From: Longimicrobiales bacterium
GTDB taxonomy: Bacteria > Gemmatimonadota > Gemmatimonadetes > Longimicrobiales > Gaopeijiaceae
Assembly: GCA_965203485.1 (NCBI GenBank)
Contig: OZ241892.1
Coordinates: 3,232,001 to 3,296,000, forward strand
Length of the DNA stretch: 64,000 nucleotides
Direction of reading: 5' to 3'
Shown here: piece after piece, positions 48,221-55,992 of the stretch
Layout of the letters: each line of letters starts with the position of its first letter
Numbering within the stretch: the first letter of the stretch is position 1
Notes under the pieces: model-generated
What the model saw: only the letters and a program-made list of their open reading frames with translations
Told to the model about the DNA's origin: nothing
Database searches by the model: none
Made by a program: the position numbers and the translations under genes

Positions 48221-49776
48221 GCGGCGCGGCTCGGGCGGGCTTGGCGCGGCGCGATTCTTCGTCGGCCGTTGCGGGAGCGGCAGGCGGCAAGCGTTCGGCG
48301 CCCGCAGCTTCCCCGCCGGTCCTCGGATCCGGGTCGCCCAACCGAGACCGCGTCCTCCTGGCCCAGCGGGAGTTCCACCCGTTCGAGGCGGGGGGCGAGA
48401 CGTTCGTCTACCTCGTGCCGTCGGCGGGCGTGTTTCGCTTGGACGGCGCGTCGCGCGGCGTGCTGGAGGCGCTCGACGCGGGGCCGGTTGCCGAAGAGGA
48501 CCTGGTCGCTTCGCTGGGCGGCCGGTTCGGCCCCGAGCGAGTCCGCCGAAGCGTGCGCGAGCTGCGCGAGGTGCGCGCCGTCGGCTTGGCGTCCCAGCCC
48601 CCGGAGCCTGTTCCGCGGGTGCTTCCCCAGGCCGGGTTTCCGTTGACCACGATGGTCCTCAACGTCACCAACAAGTGCAACTTGGCGTGCACCTACTGCT
48701 ACGAGTACGGCGAGGACAAGATCGTGGACACCGATTGCAGTCCCGCGCCCAACTACATGAGCGAAGAGACGGCCCGCAAGAGCGTGGACTTCATGCTCGC
48801 CGAGTCGGGTCCGTTGCCGGTGGCGCATTTGACGTTCTTCGGCGGCGAGACGCTGCTCAACTTCAAGGTCCTCGAGAAGACGCTCGCCTACGCCCGCGAG
48901 AAGGGACGGGAGGCCGGGAAGCGGGTGGAGTGTTCGCTTACCACCAACGCGACCCTGCTGCGCGAGGAAGTGATCGACTGGCTGGTGGAGAACGACGTCG
49001 GCGTCACGGTCAGCATCGACGGACCCAAGGAGATGCAGGACAAGTTTCGCGTCTTCAAGAACGGCATGGGTTCCTATGCGCACGTGCTGCCCAAGATCGA
49101 GATGCTGCTCGAACGGCACCGCAGCCGTCCCGTCGGCGCCCGAGTGACGCTCACCCGCCACACGCTCGACGCCACGAGAATATTCCGCCATCTGCGCGAG
49201 GAGCTGGGCTTCTGGGAGGTGGGCTTCGCGCCGGTCACCACGGCGGACGGCCGCGACTACGCCATCGAAGACGACGGGTTCGCTAGGATGCTGGGGCAGT
49301 TCGAGGAACTGGCCGCCGGATTCCTGGAGTGCGCGGTGGAGGACCGCCATCACGGGTTCTCGAACGTCAAGGACACCTTGGAGGAGATACACAAGGGCGT
49401 GAGCAAGGCGTTCCCCTGCGGCGCCGGCCTGGGGCTGATGGGCGTGGCCACCGACGGCGAAGTGGCGCTCTGCCATCGCTTCGCGGGCTCCGGCGAGCAC
49501 GGCATCGGATCTGTGGACGAGGGCATCGACCGCGCCAGGCAGTTCGAGTTCCTGGAACGCCATCACGTGGCCCACAAGACGGACTGCAGCCGTTGCTGGG
49601 CCAGGCCGCTGTGCGCAGGGGGCTGCTATCACGAAGCGCATGTCCGCTACGGCGACACCGGCAAGGCCAACCTTCACTACTGCGACTGGATCCGCAGCTG
49701 GACCGACACTTGCCTGAGGGTGTACGGCGAGATCTCGGTCAAGAACCCGGACTACCTGAGGCGGTTCGATGCTTGA
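48217..49776 (+). CDS. qhpD: QHNDH maturation radical SAM/SPASM thioether-forming enzyme
   Basis: LNVTNKCNLACTYCY, FFGGE, PCGAG, CHRF, CSRCWARPLCAGGCYHE, YCDW. Confidence 0.93.
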   Translation: MSGAARAGLARRDSSSAVAGAAGGKRSAPAASPPVLGSGSPNRDRVLLAQREFHPFEAGGETFVYLVPSAGVFRLDGASRGVLEALDAGPVAEEDLVASLGGRFGPERVRRSVRELREVRAVGLASQPPEPVPRVLPQAGFPLTTMVLNVTNKCNLACTYCYEYGEDKIVDTDCSPAPNYMSEETARKSVDFMLAESGPLPVAHLTFFGGETLLNFKVLEKTLAYAREKGREAGKRVECSLTTNATLLREEVIDWLVENDVGVTVSIDGPKEMQDKFRVFKNGMGSYAHVLPKIEMLLERHRSRPVGARVTLTRHTLDATRIFRHLREELGFWEVGFAPVTTADGRDYAIEDDGFARMLGQFEELAAGFLECAVEDRHHGFSNVKDTLEEIHKGVSKAFPCGAGLGLMGVATDGEVALCHRFAGSGEHGIGSVDEGIDRARQFEFLERHHVAHKTDCSRCWARPLCAGGCYHEAHVRYGDTGKANLHYCDWIRSWTDTCLRVYGEISVKNPDYLRRFDA

Positions 49777-49818
49777 GCGCCGCGGCGACTGTGCGCGATG
49801 CAACTGCGAGGAGGACGA

Positions 49819-50256
49819 ATGAACCATCTGAAGGCCGTCAACCAGAAGGCCGAGCGCATCCGGCGCTGGATCGCGGACGAGGAGTCCGCGGCAACGCCGG
49901 GCACGGGCTCGTCCGTCGCGGCGGGCGAAACGAGCGTTGCGGGCCCGGGCGACGCCGGCGCCCAGGGATCGGCCGTCGGCGAGGCCATGGACGTCGAAGC
50001 GCTGCAGAACCCGATGTCCGGCGGGCCGCACATTCCCTTGGGCTGTTCGCTGGTGTTCTCGCCCGGCTGGGAAGTGGACGCGTCCGGAGGCACGGCCGGG
50101 CTGTGCCAGCCTGTGGAGCGCGACTTGTTCGACTGTCACTTGGCCTGCTTCTGGCCTGCTCACGTGCCCGACCAGCTCAACCACGCGCCGGACTGGACGG
50201 GCAAGTGCGCGTCCGCCCAGAAGGACTGGCGCAAGATAGACTTGGTGTTTCCGTGA
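49819..50256 (+). CDS. qhpC: QHNDH gamma subunit precursor (CTQ peptide)
   Basis: Leader MNHLKAVNQKA; core GCSLVFSPGWEVD..LCQPVERDL..C...CFWPAHVPD..DWRK. Confidence 0.93.
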   Translation: MNHLKAVNQKAERIRRWIADEESAATPGTGSSVAAGETSVAGPGDAGAQGSAVGEAMDVEALQNPMSGGPHIPLGCSLVFSPGWEVDASGGTAGLCQPVERDLFDCHLACFWPAHVPDQLNHAPDWTGKCASAQKDWRKIDLVFP

Positions 50257-51413
50257 CGGTGCCGAACCGCCCGTCGCGGGCGCGGCTCCTCGCGGGCGCG
50301 GCTCTGTGCTTGGCGGCGTTCGCGACTCCGGCCCGGGCCGCGCAACAGCTGGAGACGACGTCGGCTCGCGTCCCGGAGGCGTCCGTCCGCGGGGGCGGGG
50401 GCGGCGTCATCTACATGGCGGCCTACGATCACGCCATTCACGTCGTCGACGAACGCACGCTGGACGTGGTGCGCCGCATTCCGGTTGCGACCGGCATCCC
50501 GATCGACCTGACTCTGTCGGCGAACCACGAACGCATCTACGTGCGCGACGCCGAGTTCGAGGAGATCGAGATCGTGGACCGCGAAGCCGGCAAGTCCACC
50601 GGTAGCTTCACGCTCAGCCGGGGCCGCTCGAAGGTCCGAATCTGGGGATTCACGGTGCATCCGTCCGAGGACTTCGCCGTCCTCAACACGATCCGCTACA
50701 CGAAGCGCATCGACCGATGGGATGTCGGCGATCCCGTCCTCCTCAAGTACGACCTGCGCCGTGGCGAAGTGGCCGACACGATTCCCTGGCCCAAGGGCGA
50801 GGAGCGCCAGCGCGCGCGTCTCATGTTCTCGCCCGGGGGCGAATACTTGTACTTCTTCGGGACCGACGTGCTGGTGCTGGACGCCGCCGACTTCTCCGAA
50901 GCGGACCGCTGGGAGCTGTCGCGCCCGACGGAGGACGGACTGGGACGCTTCAGCTTCGGCTTTCCGGTGAGCCCGCACGACGATCCGGGGTTCCACACGG
51001 GCTTGTTCTCGGTCACCGATCCGGTGCAGAACCGGCGCATGATGGGAATCGCGCGCGTGAACTTGTCCGAGAAGGAATTCGACTTCTACACGCTGGGGCC
51101 GCGCGAGCCGGTGAGCTTTCGCTTGGCGCCGGGTGGGGACAAGGCGTACGGGCTGCTGCAGCAGATAGGCAACTACGAGTTCTGGACCTTCGATCTGAAG
51201 CGGCGGCGCGTGGAGAGCCGGTCGCGGTTCGCCGGGCGGCCGCGGATGGGGCTGGCGGTGAGCTCCAACGGCGAGCTCCTCTACGTGTACAACGCGGGCG
51301 CGACCATAGACGTGTACGACGCCGACGACTACGAGTTGCTGCGGACGGTCGCGTACGGCGCCGACATGACCGACTTCCTGATGATTCCCGAAGGAACCGG
51401 CCCGCGGAAGTAG
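50253..51413 (+). CDS. qhpB: QHNDH beta subunit (beta-propeller)
   Basis: Signal peptide, propeller repeats, GTGA overlap with qhpC. Confidence 0.82.
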   Translation: MTVPNRPSRARLLAGAALCLAAFATPARAAQQLETTSARVPEASVRGGGGGVIYMAAYDHAIHVVDERTLDVVRRIPVATGIPIDLTLSANHERIYVRDAEFEEIEIVDREAGKSTGSFTLSRGRSKVRIWGFTVHPSEDFAVLNTIRYTKRIDRWDVGDPVLLKYDLRRGEVADTIPWPKGEERQRARLMFSPGGEYLYFFGTDVLVLDAADFSEADRWELSRPTEDGLGRFSFGFPVSPHDDPGFHTGLFSVTDPVQNRRMMGIARVNLSEKEFDFYTLGPREPVSFRLAPGGDKAYGLLQQIGNYEFWTFDLKRRRVESRSRFAGRPRMGLAVSSNGELLYVYNAGATIDVYDADDYELLRTVAYGADMTDFLMIPEGTGPRK

Positions 51414-51528
51414 CGGATGCAGGCTCCCGCAGGCGAAGGGCGGCGAAGCCCGGATTGCCGGGCACGACCGCGTTGAGGCTCTTCGCCGCATGGCGCGCTC
51501 CGGCAGCCGGGAGGCTGGCGGAGACCGG

Positions 51529-53316
51529 GTGAGCTGGCGGTTGCTGGACAGGCACTTCCGCTGGGGCTTGGCGTACCTGCGCCCGTATGCCGGCCGAATC
51601 GCGGTCGTCCTGGCGCTCAACTTGGCGGCCACTGGCGTGGCGCTCTACGTGCCCTTCCTCACGCGGACGCTCGTGGACGACGCCTTCCTGGGCCGCGACG
51701 CCGCGGCGCTGGCGACGGTGGTGGGGCTCTTCGCGGGCGCCACGCTGGCGACCTACGCCTTGAACGTGGCCAGCGGACTGCTCTACACGCACGCCTCCGC
51801 GCACGTCCTCTTCGACATGCGGCTGGCGGTCTACCGGCACCTGCAGCGCCTGTCGCCCCGCTTCTTCGCGCGCACCCCCATGGGCGACATCGTCTCGCGG
51901 CTGAACAACGACGTGGGCGAAGTGCAGCGCATCCTTGCCGAGGCGGCGCTGGGTTGGGTCGGCAACTTGGTGTTCCTCGCGGGGGCGGCGGGGATGGTCG
52001 TGTGGCTGGACTGGCGCTTGGCGGTCGCGGCGGGACTGTTGCTCCCGGCGTCCGTGGCGGCGCTGATTCGGTACCGCCGCCGCCTGGAGGGACGCGTGCG
52101 GACGATGCGCGAGCGCAGCGCGGAGATCGGCGCGTTCCTGATCGAGACCTTGCAGGGGGCGCGGGTCGTGGCGCTGTTCAACGCGCAGGAGCGCGAGGCT
52201 GGGCGGTTCAAGCGGCGCAACGACGCATTCATCGCGGCGCTCATGGCGATGCAGCGGCTCCGCTACCTGGCCGGCGGCGTTCCTGGCCTGCTCCTGGCCG
52301 CGAGCACGGCGGTCGTGTTCCTGTACGGCGGCGGCCGCGTGATCGACGGGACGCTGACCCTGGGAACGTTCACTGCGTTCGTGGCTTATCAGATCCGCTT
52401 GGTGGGGCCGGTCCAGGGCCTGATGGGACTGTACGCGGGGATCGCCACGGCCGGCGTCTCGCTGCGGCGCGTGCACGAACTCCTGGACGAGCCCGCGGCG
52501 GTGTCGGACCCGGCGCGCCCGGTGCCCTTGGGCGCGGCGCGGGGCGAGGTCGCGTTCGAGGCGGTCTCGTGCGGGCACGGAAGGGGCGGCGCCGTGCTGG
52601 ACGGATTCGACTTGCGCGTCGCACCGGGCGAAGTGGTGGCGTTGGTGGGGCGGTCCGGCAGCGGCAAGTCCACGGTGGCGGATCTGCTGGCGCGGCACAT
52701 GGACCCCGACGCCGGCCGCGTGCTGCTGGACGGAATTGACCTGCGCTCCGCTCGCTTGGCCGACGTGCGGTCGCGGGTGGCGGTGGTGGAGCAGAGCGCG
52801 TTCGTCTTCAACGCCGCCCTGCTGGAGAACGTGCGCTACGGGCGGCCAGGGGCGAGCGAGGGAGAGGTGGTCGAAGCGGTGGAGCGAGCGGGACTGGGCG
52901 ACTTCGTGGACGCGTTGCCCGAGGGGTTGCGCACGCCGGTGGGCGAGGGTGGCCAGGCGATGTCGGCGGGCGAACGCCAGCGGGTCGCGGTGGCGCGGGC
53001 GTTGCTGGCCGACCCGGTAGTGCTCGTCCTGGACGAGGCGACCGGCGCGCTGGACCCGGCGACCGAGTCGCGGGTAGCGCGCGCGTACGCCGAGGTGATG
53101 CGCGGGCGGACCACGCTGGTGATCTCTCATCGTCGCGCTCTCGTGCGCACTGCCGCCCGCGTGTCCGTGCTCGAGGGCGGCCGGATCGTGGACGAAGGCT
53201 CCCCCGACGACCTGGAGCGGGACAGCGGCGCGTTCCAAGCGCTGTTCGCGGTTGCGCGCGCAACGCGCGAGCCCCGGCTGGACGGTTCCGGTCAGCGCGG
53301 CGCGTTTGGCAGATGA
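51529..53316 (+). CDS. qhpF: ABC exporter (TMD+NBD), QhpF-like
   Basis: TM domain, GRSGSGKS, MSAGERQR, LDEAT; operon context. Confidence 0.82.
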   Translation: MSWRLLDRHFRWGLAYLRPYAGRIAVVLALNLAATGVALYVPFLTRTLVDDAFLGRDAAALATVVGLFAGATLATYALNVASGLLYTHASAHVLFDMRLAVYRHLQRLSPRFFARTPMGDIVSRLNNDVGEVQRILAEAALGWVGNLVFLAGAAGMVVWLDWRLAVAAGLLLPASVAALIRYRRRLEGRVRTMRERSAEIGAFLIETLQGARVVALFNAQEREAGRFKRRNDAFIAALMAMQRLRYLAGGVPGLLLAASTAVVFLYGGGRVIDGTLTLGTFTAFVAYQIRLVGPVQGLMGLYAGIATAGVSLRRVHELLDEPAAVSDPARPVPLGAARGEVAFEAVSCGHGRGGAVLDGFDLRVAPGEVVALVGRSGSGKSTVADLLARHMDPDAGRVLLDGIDLRSARLADVRSRVAVVEQSAFVFNAALLENVRYGRPGASEGEVVEAVERAGLGDFVDALPEGLRTPVGEGGQAMSAGERQRVAVARALLADPVVLVLDEATGALDPATESRVARAYAEVMRGRTTLVISHRRALVRTAARVSVLEGGRIVDEGSPDDLERDSGAFQALFAVARATREPRLDGSGQRGAFGR

Positions 53317-53400
53317 CCGGCGCGAACTCGGTTGGCCTGGGTCGGGCCGGGGCGGCTCCGGCCCGGCGACCCGAACGCGGTTTTCCCGGAGGCTGACTCC

Positions 53401-54192
53401 GTGCGGCGTGGCGCTTGCGGCGAAGGCGGCCCGGCTCCGTTCGGCTGCGGCGATCGGCGGCGCCCTGTTCGTGCTTGCGTCGAATCGGCGGCGCTCCGGG
53501 ATCTGACGGGCCACGGCGTCCGCGTCGTCGTAGTCGACAGCGGGGTGGCCCCGGACAATCCGCATGTGGCGTCGGTGGCCGGGGGCGTAGCGGTCGACGG
53601 CTCGGGTCGCGTCTCGCCCGGCTATGTGGACGAGATCGGCCATGGCACGGCGGTCTTCGCCGCGATTCAGGAGAAGGCGCCGAACGCCTCCATCCACGCA
53701 GTCCGCGTCTTCGGCGCCTCCCTGGCGTCCACGATCGGGGCACTGGTCGCCGCCATCGACTGGGCGGCCACGCAGAAGCCGTCGTTGGTCAACCTCAGTC
53801 TGGGAACGGCCAACCAGAAGCACGCGGACGCGCTGGCCGGGGCCGTCGAACGCTTGGCACGAGCCGGCGGCGCCGTCGTCGCGGCCGCCGAAGCCGACGG
53901 CAGGCCCAGGTGGCCGGGGACGTTGCCCGGCGTCGTCGGCGTGGTCGCGGCCCAAGGGTGCCCTCGCGGCTGCGTGGAAGTCCGGGGTACCTCCGTCGCC
54001 CGCCTGCTCGCCGCCTCGCCCTACCCCCGTCCCGTAGAAGGCGTGCCCGTCGAGCGCAACCTCAGCGGCGCCAGTTTCGCCGTGGCCAATGCGACCGGCC
54101 TTGCTGCGCGGGCGCTCCAAGGACACGCGGGCCCCGTGGCGGCGGCCGACGTGCTGTTCAGGCTGGAGGCTGTTGCTTCATGGGTGCCTTGA
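53401..54192 (+). CDS. qhpE: subtilisin-like S8 leader peptidase, QhpE-like
   Basis: VVDSGV, GHGTAV, NLSLG, SGASFA catalytic triad; no signal peptide or propeptide; GGAGG RBS. Confidence 0.82.
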   Translation: MRRGACGEGGPAPFGCGDRRRPVRACVESAALRDLTGHGVRVVVVDSGVAPDNPHVASVAGGVAVDGSGRVSPGYVDEIGHGTAVFAAIQEKAPNASIHAVRVFGASLASTIGALVAAIDWAATQKPSLVNLSLGTANQKHADALAGAVERLARAGGAVVAAAEADGRPRWPGTLPGVVGVVAAQGCPRGCVEVRGTSVARLLAASPYPRPVEGVPVERNLSGASFAVANATGLAARALQGHAGPVAAADVLFRLEAVASWVP

Positions 54193-54288
54193 GGCCCCGC
54201 CGTTTCTGTTGGCTTCGGTTGCATCGTCGGCCCCACGCACGATCAGCCTGGGCAGAAGAGCCGTTTCTGCCATCCCTGCCAGCCGTGT

Positions 54289-54831
54289 TCATCGCGCCGC
54301 ATCGACTTGAGCGATAACTTCCCACAGGCGATCCTCAAACGCACCTATTGGTCGAAGAAGCGCCCCGCTCTTGGTGAGCTTATAGCTTGCGGCTCCACCC
54401 TTTTCCATAGAGACTAGATTGCCCGCCTTGCCTGTCGTCACATCGGCTTTTGTCCACGAATCAAAGACAACATCCGCAGGTCTGATGCCAATGCAGAGCA
54501 ACGCTTCGTATTCGCGTGCATAGCGAATGTGATTAAATTGGAAATTGTTCGATGTATCTTCGCTCGCAGTCTTCAATTCAAACGTTACAGTGTCGATCCG
54601 AATATCCCACGGCGACTGTCGTATGCGCTGTCCGTCGTCGCTACGCGGAACTTCGACGTCGAATCCAATGTGCTTGCACAACTGTTCAACAAAGCGTTGT
54701 CCAACATCACCCACTTTCGTATTTGGAAGAATGCGAATGCCGCCAAATCGGGCATGGCTCCATTTGTCCGCATCGCGAAAATCGGTCAAGACGTTGTGGA
54801 GTATTTGGCATGCTACATCGTCAGGCATCAT
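54289..54831 (-). CDS. putative restriction endonuclease (PD-(D/E)XK)
   Basis: GDVGQ..PWDIRI...FELKTA..FQFNHIR; overlaps the MTase stop. Confidence 0.7.
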   Translation of the reverse strand: MMPDDVACQILHNVLTDFRDADKWSHARFGGIRILPNTKVGDVGQRFVEQLCKHIGFDVEVPRSDDGQRIRQSPWDIRIDTVTFELKTASEDTSNNFQFNHIRYAREYEALLCIGIRPADVVFDSWTKADVTTGKAGNLVSMEKGGAASYKLTKSGALLRPIGAFEDRLWEVIAQVDAAR

Positions 54832-55774
54832 CTAGAAAGCCAACGTCTGTCAATGCGCGATGAATATGATACATTGAAATATGTCGTGCGCTATGAGCAG
54901 CTAAGTTGCTGTACTTGCGCCAGTCCGTGGAGTTGAGCGCATCTACTACGGCAGTCCAATCCTTCTTGATGACAAGACCGTATCCGCATACATATCTAAC
55001 TTGATCGAATCGTTTCACAAGTTGCGGTGGCTCGCCAAAAAATGTCCGCTGAAGGAAATAATCTGCTTCATGCAGACGCGCTTGTCCGCACAAGCGTTCC
55101 CGGCGCATATCTACCGTAAACAAATCAATCCAGTTATTACATGTTGGCTGACGGCGACAGTTGTTTACCCCTCGGTGCCAGACTTGCCACAAGGCATGCA
55201 CTCTCACAGTGCGGCCTTGAATGTCCATGAAGGCATCTGGCGCAAGGTGTTTAGTCTCGACCAGTCGAAGACCGCGAACTCGCAACTTTGGACTACCCTT
55301 GCCGTCCGACTGGAAGGACATCGGCAGGATGGTTCCCACATAATCCGCGAACCGAGCTGCGTGATTCATGAAGGCCAGCGCCAACCATCCACGGTACCCA
55401 AACGGAGGATTGCCAACGACGGCATAGCTGAAGCCGTCCTGCGGTGGACTCCAAGAAAGAAAATCCTCTGTGTGGTAATCCTCGCGGTAACGCACAACGT
55501 CAATGCCGATCCGTCTCCCTGTTGGCAATAGATCGTAGAATGCACCGGTGCCCGCAGCTGGTTCTATGAAGCGATAGGCTCCGGGTTCCGCGCCATCATG
55601 ACGCATCGCATCTAGTAACCACCTATAACACTCTTCAGCAATGGCGGGCCGCGTGAAGTACGAATCAAGGCCGACGTCATCGGGATCGACCCAGGACGGT
55701 ACGAGTGGATGATCGCGCCATTTGATGTTGCGGTCGGCGATCGCCGCGGCTTCGAAGACATGGGCCGCGCCCAT
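54821..55774 (-). CDS. DNA adenine methyltransferase, gamma class
   Basis: YFT, FIEPAAGTGAF, then VGNPPFG, ILP.SF; start uncertain. Confidence 0.85.
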   Translation of the reverse strand: MGAAHVFEAAAIADRNIKWRDHPLVPSWVDPDDVGLDSYFTRPAIAEECYRWLLDAMRHDGAEPGAYRFIEPAAGTGAFYDLLPTGRRIGIDVVRYREDYHTEDFLSWSPPQDGFSYAVVGNPPFGYRGWLALAFMNHAARFADYVGTILPMSFQSDGKGSPKLRVRGLRLVETKHLAPDAFMDIQGRTVRVHALWQVWHRGVNNCRRQPTCNNWIDLFTVDMRRERLCGQARLHEADYFLQRTFFGEPPQLVKRFDQVRYVCGYGLVIKKDWTAVVDALNSTDWRKYSNLAAHSARHISMYHIHRALTDVGFLDDA

Positions 55775-55992
55775 CGGGCGGGCACGTTCTGCAACGTGCG
55801 CTATGGAGATTTCGCTCGCCGATCCGCGACTCCATGTCGTTCGGCAAGGGTTGTCCACGAGGCCGTCCCGAGTTTGGCGAGCGCCGACGATCTTCCCATG
55901 GAAGTTAGTGGGGCACTCTCCGTCGGACAAGGACGCACCGTCAGATAGAAGCGCGTTGCCGGAACGCCGGGCGTCCGGCTCGCGACCGTGCG

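Noticed and set aside
48217..54192. Novel ranthipeptide/RiPP cluster (rSAM, peptide, ABC, S8)
   Set aside because: The peptide is clearly QhpC and the flanking genes are QhpA/B; this is the known QHNDH maturation system
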